The notes beneath the pieces are model-generated. The model did no database searches. It was not told the origin of the DNA and saw nothing but the letters and a program-made list of their open reading frames with translations. A DNA stretch of 64,000 nt from Thermoproteota archaeon. GTDB taxonomy: Archaea > Korarchaeota > Korarchaeia > Korarchaeales > JAOZGB01. Each line of letters starts with the position of its first letter. Within the stretch, counting starts at the first letter, position 1. Below are positions 44,551-54,656 of this stretch, piece after piece. The position numbers and the translations under genes are program-made. The stretch covers positions 1,941 through 65,940 of the forward strand of contig JAVCBU010000003.1 of assembly GCA_037917685.1 (NCBI GenBank), given 5' to 3'.

Positions 44551-45858
44551 CTACTCTTGATAGACAATCTGGAAGCTGTCTCCGGCTGAGACATCCCCGT
44601 TACCGTCGGCGTCAGCCCACCTTATGACTATAGTGTGAAGGCCAGAAAGCTCAGTGTAATGGTCTTTCAGGTAGTATGCTGCGGCATAAGTGCCGTATCT
44701 TGTGCATCCCTCGATTGCAAGTACGTATCTCCCACCTTGCATTGCTAGGAATATGACTGCGTAGTCAACAGCCTTCCAGTCTGCTTTCATCCATTTGAAG
44801 CTCTGCCCTTTAACCTTCAGTGTGATGTAGTCTGATCCTATCAGAAATGAGACGTCCGCCAGACCATTTACCTCAAGACTTGCACTGTTAGCTATGGGGC
44901 CACCACATACTAGTACATTGTCCTGCTGTGCCGCTTCGAACTGGTTGTCCTTTATTGAATTCTTAATGTTAAAGACCGCTGAGAGCAGGCTTCCAGCCCT
45001 TGCATCAAGCTGATTGGCTGCCTGACCTGTGACGAGAACAACATTATTCAACGCGTTGATATTGCCCAGCGTGTATACCGGAGCCGGGCCTCCAGCGGCT
45101 GCAAGCCATGCGATCACATTCTCCACAAACTGCTGGTTGTGTTCGAAATATCCGTACTTTGTTCTCCACATGCACGAGCTGCCAGTAGCTACCACTCTGC
45201 CCTTGCCTGGCTGAGCAACCGCCACGAGAACTATCTTTTCACCGGTCTTCTCACCAGGCCCGGCTTTGTGGTCTCCATCCTCATCAGCGAAGGAGTCAAC
45301 GTCTCCCAGGACAACCCCGACAGCCGACCCTGAAAGGGTAAGCGTACCCCCGTTATATTGCAGGCTCTCCACACCTTCAGTGATCGCGTGGGGCTTTATG
45401 TTAACAGCATAGGCATAGTATGGCTGTCCAGTATTATCGGTGGGGTCGTGATAGCTGTCAACGTTGAATGTTATTCCAAAATCTTCTGTTACCCTGTTAA
45501 GGGACTCAGAGTTCACATATTTCGCCCAGTCCCCGGTTATCAAGAGGCCTCCTCCACTGGTTACATAGGACTTTATTGCTTCAGCCTCATCCCTTGTTAT
45601 GTCGGTTGCGGGATTCGTTATTATCACAACCTTATACTGCGAGAGCAAATCAAGGGTTAAAGGTCTGTCGTTTATCTCAACAATGTAGCCGAGAGACTGG
45701 ATAAACGCGAGAAACTCGTCGCACTTACTGCTGTCATAGTACTGGTTGTGAGACTCATCAAACAACACCTTGTCCTGAGCCTGCACCCTTGTAGCCGATG
45801 CGAACACGGATAGGACAGCTACTAGAACTAGGCAAGCAGCAATACTCCTCATATACAA
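44551..45858 (-). CDS. Secreted protein: DUF4350-like N-terminal domain plus a C-terminal module shared with the 50556-51836 gene
   Basis: Signal peptide MYMRSIAACLVLVAVLSVFASATRVQA. Motifs VVIITNPATDITRDEAEAIKSYVTSGGGLLITGDW and GKGRVVATGSS. C-terminal block VLVCGGPIANS...LAIEGCTRYGTYAAAYYL...WADADGNGDVSAGD. Confidence 0.55.
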   Translation of the reverse strand: MYMRSIAACLVLVAVLSVFASATRVQAQDKVLFDESHNQYYDSSKCDEFLAFIQSLGYIVEINDRPLTLDLLSQYKVVIITNPATDITRDEAEAIKSYVTSGGGLLITGDWAKYVNSESLNRVTEDFGITFNVDSYHDPTDNTGQPYYAYAVNIKPHAITEGVESLQYNGGTLTLSGSAVGVVLGDVDSFADEDGDHKAGPGEKTGEKIVLVAVAQPGKGRVVATGSSCMWRTKYGYFEHNQQFVENVIAWLAAAGGPAPVYTLGNINALNNVVLVTGQAANQLDARAGSLLSAVFNIKNSIKDNQFEAAQQDNVLVCGGPIANSASLEVNGLADVSFLIGSDYITLKVKGQSFKWMKADWKAVDYAVIFLAMQGGRYVLAIEGCTRYGTYAAAYYLKDHYTELSGLHTIVIRWADADGNGDVSAGDSFQIVYQE

Positions 45859-45959
45859 CCCTACATAAGCCTTAGCACATATAAGTTATTAACTTAACCG
45901 TTCTCAGAGAATCCGAAACCTAACAATTAATAACTTTAAACCCCTAATAATTGTAGAGA

Positions 45960-46853
45960 TTGCAGATTCACACTATATACCTAAAGATAATTCTCCTTCA
46001 GCTAATACTTTCAAGCTCCTACGCTCAGGAGGGGGTGTTCGCTAGTGATGTCAATATACAGATCAAGCTTGATGGTTTTACCTGTAATGTCTGGATCAAC
46101 ATAACCATCGTAAACATAGGAGACAAACCTTTCACAGGTACCATGATCCCTCTGTTTAGAAGCCCAACAAACGTCGAGGCATACTTTAACAATGTGAAAG
46201 TTCCAATGATGCTATCAGTCATAAATAACACGCCATACCTTGTTTTTGCGCTCTTAGAACCATTGAACCCAGGGGAATCGGGGAACCTCTCCGTGAAATT
46301 CAAAACAGGCGAGTTAATAATAGTCGAGGAAGATCTTAATGTGCTAACCCTAGACTATTTCCTCCCTGTTGGAGCTGAAAACTTCACCCTCCAAGTGATT
46401 ATACCTAAAGGCACGGGAGTAGTGTTTAGCTACCCAGAGGCAGCCGTCATAGTTCAGCAAGATGAAGCATTAAAACTTGAATATTATAAGAAGAACCTCT
46501 ATGAAAATTCAACTATACACCTTACAATAGGGTTCAGAAGGTTCACCAACGTTCACAGAAAGATATTAAGAGACATAGTGGCAATCATCGCAGTCACCAC
46601 CCCACTCATAGCATATAAGCTTGCCATACCTTATTTAAAGCTTCGTAAAGCCGTTTCAACCCTTACAAAAGACGAAGCTAAAGTTATACGGTTCCTTTAC
46701 AAGAGTGGGGGTAAGGCTTTGCAATCAGACCTCGTGGATAAGCTTGGATTTTCAAAGGCTAAGGCGAGCAGCATCGTTTCAAAACTCGCGGATAAGGGTT
46801 TTTTGGAGAAAAAACCTTCGGGGAGAACGAATCTTTTAATCCTAAAAATATAA
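45960..46853 (+). CDS. Single-pass membrane protein with an extracytoplasmic N-terminal domain and a cytoplasmic winged-helix (MarR/TrmB-like) DNA-binding domain
   Basis: Signal-like N-terminus. The ~190-aa beta-rich domain carries sequons. TM helix ILRDIVAIIAVTTPLIAYKLAI. This is followed by LTKDEAKVIRFLYKSGGKALQSDLVDKLGFSKAKASSIVSKLADKGFLEKK. Confidence 0.6.
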   Translation: MQIHTIYLKIILLQLILSSSYAQEGVFASDVNIQIKLDGFTCNVWINITIVNIGDKPFTGTMIPLFRSPTNVEAYFNNVKVPMMLSVINNTPYLVFALLEPLNPGESGNLSVKFKTGELIIVEEDLNVLTLDYFLPVGAENFTLQVIIPKGTGVVFSYPEAAVIVQQDEALKLEYYKKNLYENSTIHLTIGFRRFTNVHRKILRDIVAIIAVTTPLIAYKLAIPYLKLRKAVSTLTKDEAKVIRFLYKSGGKALQSDLVDKLGFSKAKASSIVSKLADKGFLEKKPSGRTNLLILKI

Positions 46854-46985
46854 TGAACATTATGGAACCATCTTAAACCACGGAGGTATGGTCTTATACA
46901 ATTTAGAAACCATGTGATACCTATTTAAACGAATGCGGTAAGGAAACAGTTTTAAACATCCCCTGGGGCATAGGTTGAGGTTGAA

Positions 46986-49742
46986 ATGAAAAATAAGAAC
47001 GGGATAACAGTCCTATTAGTCATCCTCGCTTTAGCGTCCGGCGCGGCTAACATGGTGAAGGCAAATCCTGACCCTTCAATAAGCCTCCTAGAGACAGACA
47101 GCTCAGAATACAACCCCCTGGATAGCGTCATAATATCTGCAGTGGTGTCGAATCCCGATCCCACCGGGTACGATCTCCAGATACAGTTCACAGTCATCAA
47201 TCCCTCCCTTGACATTGTTCACAGCGACGTTCAAGACTTCTACTTAGACGGAGCCAGTGATACAATAAGAAGTACAATGTTCCAGTTACAGCCATACGCT
47301 GAGCCAGGGACTTACACGGTTGAGGCGGTACTATTATTACTTGGGACGCCAGTAGATACCAGGACTACAAGTTTCACAGTTAAAACTGTGGAGGAAGGGA
47401 TAATAACCCATCTTTCAACAGATAAGGGTAGCTATAACCAGGGTGAGACAGCTTCTGTTATGTGCCAGGTTAAAAATATAGGAAACGTGCAGATGGACTA
47501 TAAGCTCATTTTCGAGGTTATAAGCTCGTCAGACGTAATTGTGTACACTGAGACTAAGTATGTGTCAAACATCGACCCTGGAGATACGGCGAACACAGGC
47601 ATCGTATTTTCGATAACATCCAGCTATGCACCTGGCACCTATACCCTTAACGTGTCGCTCTACACAGTAAGCGATACATTCCTAGACTACTCATACGTAA
47701 CCTTCGGCGTTGAAACAGCCCCATCATACCAGCTCTCATTAGACGTTGAGACCCCCGTGAAGACATGTAATGTAGGGGACAGCGTTCCAATAACAGTTAC
47801 TCTCAGAAACTTTAATGGAGATGTAACTGGAGTCTTAACAGTTAAGGCTGGGTTAAAGATCGTATCATCTCAGATCGTATCCCTTTCTGCAGGGGATAGT
47901 GAAACATACATGTTTACATGGACAGCTGAAGGGCAGGGTACAGTAATAATCATGGCCATATTCCAGGCGGGAGACTATACTGTCACCGACAAAACCTTCG
48001 TCTATGTTAGTTCTAAGCCCAATGTTCAGATATTGAGCGTTATTGTTGAACCTTCAATTGTCGGGCAGAACCAGTACGTAGAGCTAAGTATTATAGTCAA
48101 AAACTATGATACTGCAACTGTCAACGCCATTGCACACGTTACCATAACAAAGTGCGGTGTTCATAAGGTTTATGAGCAGGATTACTGCTTAACGATACCT
48201 CCATGTCGGCATGAGTTCTTCCTTGGTAGAGTCAACACTAACTGCTGGGAGCCGGGAGAATACAAGGTTAAGGTAGAACTCTACCAGTACGAGTGCCACA
48301 ACCTGCTCTCTACATGCACTGGCAGTTTCATACTGGAGGCTTGTGAGGGCAAGATTACTGTTCATACAGATAAAGATCAGTACAGGCAGGGACAGGAGGT
48401 ACACATAACTGTGGTCACAGAGGTTAGCGGCTTCAAGCCGGAAGTTCTTGTTGAGATTCTGTCACCCAGCGGCTCAAAGCTTACCAGCCTCACCTATACA
48501 GGTGAGGAGGGGACATACACGAAAGACTTAACCTATAAGCTTCCTTCAAACGCGGAACTCGGCATCTACACGGTTAGGGGTGTCATAACCCAGTGTAATA
48601 TAGAGTCAAAAACGACTTTTCGGGTTAGAGTATACGATCCATTAATAGTTAACGTGATGATCCCCGAGAGGGTTAAAGCTGGGCAGCAGGGTAAAATATC
48701 GGTGAATCTAAGAAACATAGGAGAGGAAAACCTTGATAGTCTAACCATAGAGCTTAACCTTCAATTTCCAGAATGGTTGCAGGATGAAGGGTCGAAAAGG
48801 ATGTCAATGAGGCCCTACGATGAGAAAGATGTTACATTCTACTTTAAAATACCATTTGAAACAAACATCTCTCAGCTTTCAGCATCAATAACACTCTACA
48901 TCGATGGTCGTGTGATATCAAGATACACAGCTAACATAATGATTGAAAGGCCAACCATAATACTTAATGTAGAAAAACATATTTCCGAGATAGATGGGAC
49001 AACAGTTGAGATAACACTGGAAAACATGGGAGACATAACAGTAGAGAACGTAATAGTCGAAGATCAGCTTCCAGAAGGATTCAAACCGTTAAACGTGGTG
49101 GAGGGAACCGTTAAAGGCGATACTATAGAATGGGTTGTAAGCCTGAACCCTTTGGAAACTCTAACCCTCAGATATAGCATAGTACAGGAAGAACCTTTAA
49201 GCGAGGGGCTGCTTGAACTTCCAGCAGCCACGGCATATATCCCGTTAACCGGGGAGACTGTTGAGTCTAATACTGTTACCCTCCACATGAAGTCCCAGAT
49301 AAAGATTGAAGAAACAAGAAGGTCCTCACTTATGACAATTGAGGGCGTTATGATTATAGAGAACACCGGAAATGCTACCGGGACGATCCACCAGGAAGTT
49401 AAGGTACCCGTACTGTCCCTAACACTTGGAAATCCCAGCCCATCGCTTAGCATAGGCACTATTAAATGGGACGTAACCGTTGACCCGGGTGGGAAAAAGG
49501 TTTTAAGCTATAAAACGTACAGACTAGAAATCCCGGTAGCTACGGTGATTCTACTAGCAATCTCCGGAAGGCTTATTTCCCATAGAAAGTCCAGGAAGGC
49601 AGTAGCTCATGAGGCGTTAGATGTTAAGAGAGAAAAGCTCAGGAGGTTAGAGAAGCTCTACGTAAAGGGAGAGATATCAAGGGAAACGTACCTAAGGCTT
49701 AAGGAGGAGCTTGAAACCAGGGATAAGAATTTAAGCAACTAA
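46986..49742 (+). CDS. Large surface protein with many tandem CARDB/Ig-like beta-sandwich domains, a C-terminal TM helix and a SHOCT-like cytoplasmic tail
   Basis: 918 aa with a signal peptide. Repeated modules of ~100 aa occur (for example GETASVMCQVKNIGNVQMD, GDSVPITVTLRNFNGDV, GQQGKISVNLRNIGEENLD, TTVEITLENMGDITVENV). TM helix IPVATVILLAISGRLI. Tail LRRLEKLYVKGEISRETYLRLKEEL. Confidence 0.65.
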   Translation: MKNKNGITVLLVILALASGAANMVKANPDPSISLLETDSSEYNPLDSVIISAVVSNPDPTGYDLQIQFTVINPSLDIVHSDVQDFYLDGASDTIRSTMFQLQPYAEPGTYTVEAVLLLLGTPVDTRTTSFTVKTVEEGIITHLSTDKGSYNQGETASVMCQVKNIGNVQMDYKLIFEVISSSDVIVYTETKYVSNIDPGDTANTGIVFSITSSYAPGTYTLNVSLYTVSDTFLDYSYVTFGVETAPSYQLSLDVETPVKTCNVGDSVPITVTLRNFNGDVTGVLTVKAGLKIVSSQIVSLSAGDSETYMFTWTAEGQGTVIIMAIFQAGDYTVTDKTFVYVSSKPNVQILSVIVEPSIVGQNQYVELSIIVKNYDTATVNAIAHVTITKCGVHKVYEQDYCLTIPPCRHEFFLGRVNTNCWEPGEYKVKVELYQYECHNLLSTCTGSFILEACEGKITVHTDKDQYRQGQEVHITVVTEVSGFKPEVLVEILSPSGSKLTSLTYTGEEGTYTKDLTYKLPSNAELGIYTVRGVITQCNIESKTTFRVRVYDPLIVNVMIPERVKAGQQGKISVNLRNIGEENLDSLTIELNLQFPEWLQDEGSKRMSMRPYDEKDVTFYFKIPFETNISQLSASITLYIDGRVISRYTANIMIERPTIILNVEKHISEIDGTTVEITLENMGDITVENVIVEDQLPEGFKPLNVVEGTVKGDTIEWVVSLNPLETLTLRYSIVQEEPLSEGLLELPAATAYIPLTGETVESNTVTLHMKSQIKIEETRRSSLMTIEGVMIIENTGNATGTIHQEVKVPVLSLTLGNPSPSLSIGTIKWDVTVDPGGKKVLSYKTYRLEIPVATVILLAISGRLISHRKSRKAVAHEALDVKREKLRRLEKLYVKGEISRETYLRLKEELETRDKNLSN

Positions 49743-49759
49743 TTCCCCCCTATTTTGGG

Positions 49760-50587
49760 TTGAATACTGTAGTACTCAAGCTTGGGGGAAGCCTGATAAC
49801 GTGGAAGGAGAAGCCTCTAAAACCAAGGGTAGAAGTCATATCGAGGATTTCCAGGGAGGTAGGCCGAGCCCTTAAAGAAAGGGAATATCTTAAACTTGTT
49901 ATAGTCCACGGAGGAGGATCATACGGTCATCCATACGCGTACAGGTATGAGATCCACGAAGGATTAAAGCCGGGCAAGTTTAAATATCAGGTTTACGGGC
50001 TCGGGCAGACCACGGATGCCATGAGAAAGCTAAGCCTCATAATCTCCGAGTCTCTAAGGAGAGAAGGCATTCCAGTATTCCCAATACAAGCATCCTCAAT
50101 ATCCATCCTAAAAGACGGCAGAATATATAAGTTCTTCAACGAACCATTAGAGATGCTCCTAAAGCTTGGGGCAGTCCCCTTGCTATGGGGGGATGTAGCC
50201 TTAGATGTGGATAAAGGGTTTGGCATAGTCTCTGGCGATGAGCTGTCTGTGAAGCTTGCGGTGACACTAAAAGCGTCGAAGATAATTTTCGCCCTAGACG
50301 TCGACGGTGTATACACTAAGCCCCCGGGAACAAGAGGTGCCCGGCTTATAAGACGCCTAAGGCCTGGGATGGAGAAAATAGATTACTCAGTTAAAGAGGG
50401 AGATGTAACGGGAGGGGTGATGAGGAAAATAGCAGAGGTGGAACCCCTGGTGTCCGCTGGTAGGCTGGAGGTTCTCTTTATAAACGGGCTTGTTAAGGGC
50501 CGTATTGAGAAGGCATTAATAGGAAAAAGGGTGGTTGGAACGATCTATTCAAGTTCTAGCCCCTCTCTAAAACCCCGATCTCACTGA
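49760..50587 (+). CDS. ipk: Isopentenyl phosphate kinase (amino-acid-kinase fold; archaeal mevalonate pathway)
   Basis: TTG start. Motifs VVLKLGGSLIT, VIVHGGGSYGH and IVSGDEL. Confidence 0.7.
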   Translation: MNTVVLKLGGSLITWKEKPLKPRVEVISRISREVGRALKEREYLKLVIVHGGGSYGHPYAYRYEIHEGLKPGKFKYQVYGLGQTTDAMRKLSLIISESLRREGIPVFPIQASSISILKDGRIYKFFNEPLEMLLKLGAVPLLWGDVALDVDKGFGIVSGDELSVKLAVTLKASKIIFALDVDGVYTKPPGTRGARLIRRLRPGMEKIDYSVKEGDVTGGVMRKIAEVEPLVSAGRLEVLFINGLVKGRIEKALIGKRVVGTIYSSSSPSLKPRSH

Positions 50588-51836
50588 TATCTACCTTTCC
50601 ATCACCATTTATGTCCTCCCAGAGGACTAGCGCCCACTTATAGCCTTCAAGAGTATATGGATAGTTTAAAGCGTACAGTACGGAGGCTAACGTCCCATAT
50701 CTTGTGCACCCCTCAAATATCAAAACGTTGATATCATTCTCCTCATCGTATGCGAGAAGTACAACACCATAATCCCTAACACTATAGTCTTCGCCTGATA
50801 CTTCAAACATGGTGCCATCAACAGATATTCTCAGTCTGAAAGGCTTCATAGACAAGATGTCAAAGGAAACATTGAACATTGAGTTGTAACGGTCAACATA
50901 CTTGTTTGCGATGGGGCCGCCCACAAGTATTATGTCCCCATCTGTGTTGAACTTTCCACCTATACCCCTAAGTGGGCATATCGTCCTTTCTATCTCCTTA
51001 ACAGCATCTGCATCCTTGATTACGGAACCAGTGCAAACATAGCTGAATCTGGAATTGTACCTTAAGAACTCCATAGCATCAGGCTTCTCTGGAAGAGTAC
51101 ACTCGTCACTCCCAGAATTCACCATGTCGCCTTTCTCGTCGTATACTACAATTACGAGGTGAACCTCGTCAGGATTATAATAGTGTACCCTTACCGGTTT
51201 CACGTTGAAACTTACGCTTCCTCCAGCACCAATAGTTACCTGCTCTTCCAGTGATACCGCCCTAAAAACATGGTCGTAGATTCTGTCCCTCCCGGTAACC
51301 CTACTCTTAGCCTTGATGTTATTCTCTACTAAAAGGCCCACTACCCTAACGGAGGCTTGTTCTTTCTCATAACTTCTAACCGTGACATCAAACTCCGCCT
51401 CTCCATTGTTTACGCTTTTTGTAACCTCGATAGCTATCTTTATTACATCCCTTCCAGCAGCTTCCCTTATAGCACTCGTTAGGTCAGACTTTATCTCCGC
51501 TCCTGCACCCTCAATTCTCTTGTACCCGGCATCTATGACGTATGTTGGGATTGCATCCACGTTATACCTATTAACAATGTCTCCTACCCCATATCCTTCT
51601 GGGGCTGTACTTCCCCAGATGTGATATTCTACAACCACCCACATGTGGTATTCCTCTTCATTCCACATGTCTTTTACAGCTGAGTGACCGTAAAGCTCGC
51701 ATGGAGGACACCATGTAGCTGTAAATACCTCTAGAAGAGGTCTATGGGTCCATCTTCCTATAGGATTCCTCTGAATTGCAAAACTTGGCAGGGGAGATAT
51801 GACAAGTAGTGCTATGATAACACCTACATTTCTCAT
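50556..51836 (-). CDS. Secreted thioredoxin-like (WCPPC) protein fused to the shared C-terminal surface module
   Basis: The likely start is Met28 of the track ORF (MRNVGVIIALLVISPLPSFA signal). LLEVFTATWCPPCELYGH. C-terminal block IILVGGPIANK...LIFEGCTRYGTLASVLYAL...WEDINGDGKVDISE. There is a 32-nt convergent overlap with ipk. Confidence 0.6.
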   Translation of the reverse strand: MRNVGVIIALLVISPLPSFAIQRNPIGRWTHRPLLEVFTATWCPPCELYGHSAVKDMWNEEEYHMWVVVEYHIWGSTAPEGYGVGDIVNRYNVDAIPTYVIDAGYKRIEGAGAEIKSDLTSAIREAAGRDVIKIAIEVTKSVNNGEAEFDVTVRSYEKEQASVRVVGLLVENNIKAKSRVTGRDRIYDHVFRAVSLEEQVTIGAGGSVSFNVKPVRVHYYNPDEVHLVIVVYDEKGDMVNSGSDECTLPEKPDAMEFLRYNSRFSYVCTGSVIKDADAVKEIERTICPLRGIGGKFNTDGDIILVGGPIANKYVDRYNSMFNVSFDILSMKPFRLRISVDGTMFEVSGEDYSVRDYGVVLLAYDEENDINVLIFEGCTRYGTLASVLYALNYPYTLEGYKWALVLWEDINGDGKVDISEIGVLERG

Positions 51837-52035
51837 AGGGGTATTAACATATGAAATAAATATTAAGGTTAAGAAGGGTGTTAACCATTTATAGCCTGAT
51901 GTTACATTATAACGCAAAAGAAGAATGATGATATCAATACTCAGGTAGTAGATGCCATTATCTAATATTATTCATTATTTCCGATGCGATACTTTGAATT
52001 TTCTCAGACTTGTAGTAAGTCGTGGGTTAATACTC

Positions 52036-52575
52036 ATGGAATGGAGTCATCTTAACGGTAGGGTTAAAGTTCTAGTTCTCGGGAGGCACGGGGTTGGAAA
52101 GACAACTCTTATGAGGAGACTTATTGGTTCAAAAGTCTTGACAATAGATGATAAGGACGGCTCAACCATAGCACTCGACTACGGCAAGCTTACTTATGGT
52201 GGAGTAAACTTTCACTTCTTCGGATCACCGGGGCATGAAAGGTTCCGCTTTATGGTGGACATATTAGCGAGAGGTGCAAATATATCTCTTCTTGTAATCG
52301 ACTCCGCAGCAGGCATCTCGAGGAAGGACCTGGAGTATGCTGTGATAGCAAAGCAGATAGGAGCGCCGATAATAGTTGCCGCCAATAAACAAGATATACC
52401 CGGGGCAGCGTCAGCTGAAAAAATAGCTGAAGCTTTAAGCCCATGGATTGGTAGGCCTGGTGTAGTTCCGGTCTCGGCTAGAACCGGCTATGGATGTTTA
52501 AATCTTCTCTGTAATCTTGTTGATCTTGCCTCTATAATGCTTAAGGAGAAGATTACGTGTAAGGTTGAAATTTAA
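52036..52575 (+). CDS. Small Ras/Arf-superfamily-like GTPase
   Basis: G1 GRHGVGKTT, G3 FFGSPGHERF and G4 ANKQDI. The start is taken at the internal Met (MEWSHLNGRVKVLVLG); the track ORF starts at 51952. Confidence 0.7.
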   Translation: MEWSHLNGRVKVLVLGRHGVGKTTLMRRLIGSKVLTIDDKDGSTIALDYGKLTYGGVNFHFFGSPGHERFRFMVDILARGANISLLVIDSAAGISRKDLEYAVIAKQIGAPIIVAANKQDIPGAASAEKIAEALSPWIGRPGVVPVSARTGYGCLNLLCNLVDLASIMLKEKITCKVEI

Positions 52576-52594
52576 TCCATGGACATAGTTTAAC

Positions 52595-53734
52595 GTGACT
52601 TTAAGGTTTTCTGCAAGCACGACTAAGGGCCTTGAAGACGTATCCGCACGTGAAATAAGTAGTATTATAGGAGAATCAAATATAGAACTTGGAGATGGGA
52701 GGATATTCTTTGAAGGAGAGATAGCAGATATATATAGGGTTAATCTTAGAGCGAGAACAATCTCAAGACTGTACATTGTCCTTTACATGGGTGATGCTTC
52801 CAGCCTCTCCGACATCTACAGGGGGGCTTTGACGCCAGAATACCAAAAAATTCTGGGGGTTGACTTCACCTTCGCCGTGAGAGGGGTCAGAATCGGATCC
52901 CACAGTTTCACAAGCATGGACATTGCATCTGCCGTGGGTAAAGCCGTTCAGGACTATTATATGAGGCACTTCGGCTTTAAACCTAGGGTGAACTTGGACT
53001 GGCCTGATCTTGAGATATACGCGTTTCTAATAGGTGACAACTTTTGGCTTGGAGTTAACACTACAGGAGAGTCTTTACATAGGAGAAACTACCGTATATA
53101 TCAGCATCCAGCCAGCCTTAAGACGATAATAGCGGCAGGGTTGCTGATGCATTCAGGATGGGGATTCCAGGAGATACTCGTGGATCCTATGTGTGGTGGA
53201 GGTACAATACCGATAGAAGCGGCGAGAATGGCCAGGGGCATGCCCCCCTGCCTATCAAGAATATACTATCCCTTCATGAGGCTCCAAATACATGACGAAA
53301 AATTGTACAAGGAAGAACTGGAAGCCACGCAGCAGGGAATTACCAAAGAGGAGTTTAAAATATTTGGGGTTGACATATCAAAGAAGCATGTACAGGGGGC
53401 AATGTTCAATTCTTACGAGGCTGGAGTCTCAGATACCGTAAAGTTTGTAGTGGGGGATTCCACAAAGCTCTACAAATATTTAGATCTGGCACCTGAGCTT
53501 GTTGTTGTAAATCCACCGTATGGGATAAAATCCTCAAGACAGAAGGTTATAGGGAAGCTGTACCTCGACCTACTGAAGACTCTAAGCGAAATGGGATGTG
53601 AAACATTTGTTTCAATAACAGCAGCGGGAAGAGCAATGGAGGAAGCAATTTTAAACGCCGGATTCAAAATAGTAGATAAAAGAGTGGTATATCATGGCTC
53701 TCTCAAAGGATGGGTGTTCAGGGCTGAAAGATGA
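52595..53734 (+). CDS. THUMP-domain RNA methyltransferase (Trm14/TrmN-like tRNA guanine-N2 methyltransferase)
   Basis: The N-terminal region is THUMP-like. SAM motif VDPMCGGGTIPIEAA. Catalytic motif VVNPPYG. Confidence 0.7.
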   Translation: MTLRFSASTTKGLEDVSAREISSIIGESNIELGDGRIFFEGEIADIYRVNLRARTISRLYIVLYMGDASSLSDIYRGALTPEYQKILGVDFTFAVRGVRIGSHSFTSMDIASAVGKAVQDYYMRHFGFKPRVNLDWPDLEIYAFLIGDNFWLGVNTTGESLHRRNYRIYQHPASLKTIIAAGLLMHSGWGFQEILVDPMCGGGTIPIEAARMARGMPPCLSRIYYPFMRLQIHDEKLYKEELEATQQGITKEEFKIFGVDISKKHVQGAMFNSYEAGVSDTVKFVVGDSTKLYKYLDLAPELVVVNPPYGIKSSRQKVIGKLYLDLLKTLSEMGCETFVSITAAGRAMEEAILNAGFKIVDKRVVYHGSLKGWVFRAER

Positions 53735-53750
53735 GATATTTAAGAAGGAG

Positions 53751-54656
53751 ATGCTTGAGAAATACTCCACCTTCATTGATGATATGGACTTGTTTATCAA
53801 GTACATGATGGAATATCCACCCCAAACTGTGAGGGTCAACACTTTAAAGGCCGGCCTAGATGTTGTAGTGAAAAGTTTAGAGTCTCAAGGTTTAAAACTC
53901 GAAAGACTACCCTGGTGCAGCTATGGATTCAAAGTTGAGGGGGATACCCTTATTTCTAAAACCTTGGAACACACGCTCGGCTACATATACATTCAGGATG
54001 GGGCCTCGATGATACCACCGATAGTCCTGGACCTAGAGCCGGGTTTGAAAGTCTTAGACCTGTGCGCTGCACCAGGGTCGAAGACTACCCAGATAGCCCA
54101 GATAATGGGTAACTCCGGGTGTATTGTGGCGAACGACGTTAAAATTTCAAGGATTAAAGCTCTGACATCCAATATTCAAAGACTTGGAGTTGTTAATACT
54201 ATCGTAACAATGGTTGATGGTAGGAGCATGCCGAGGAGGACGTCAACGAGGTTCGACAGGGTTCTTGTCGATGTTCCATGCTCTGGTATAGGGGAAGCTA
54301 GGAGGAACTGGGCTCCTCTTAGACAGTGGGGTCAAAGAAGGGTTGAGTCGTATATGAGGCTTCAGAAAATGCTTGTAATCGCGGGGTTCGACCTTCTCAA
54401 ACCCGGCGGTATAATGGTTTATTCTACGTGCACGCTAGACCCTGAGGAAAACGAGTTTGTAATACAGCATTTAATTGAGAATCGGAGGGATGCGGTAATA
54501 CTCGAGTTCAACTTAAATCTGAAATGTGAGAGGGGTTTAACCGAATGGCGTGGTAGACGCCTGCATGGGGACCTGTCAAAGACTATAAGGGTCTATCCAC
54601 ATCACAATGATACTCAAGGGTTTTACATAGCAAAGATTGGGAGGGAGGAAGCGTGA
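53751..54656 (+). CDS. NOL1/NOP2/Sun-family RNA cytosine-C5 methyltransferase (archaeal Trm4/NSUN-like)
   Basis: Motifs VLDLCAAPGSKTT, VDVPCSGIG and MVYSTCTLDPEENE. The track ORF start at 53694 overlaps the upstream gene, so ATG 53751 is preferred. Confidence 0.85.
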   Translation: MLEKYSTFIDDMDLFIKYMMEYPPQTVRVNTLKAGLDVVVKSLESQGLKLERLPWCSYGFKVEGDTLISKTLEHTLGYIYIQDGASMIPPIVLDLEPGLKVLDLCAAPGSKTTQIAQIMGNSGCIVANDVKISRIKALTSNIQRLGVVNTIVTMVDGRSMPRRTSTRFDRVLVDVPCSGIGEARRNWAPLRQWGQRRVESYMRLQKMLVIAGFDLLKPGGIMVYSTCTLDPEENEFVIQHLIENRRDAVILEFNLNLKCERGLTEWRGRRLHGDLSKTIRVYPHHNDTQGFYIAKIGREEA

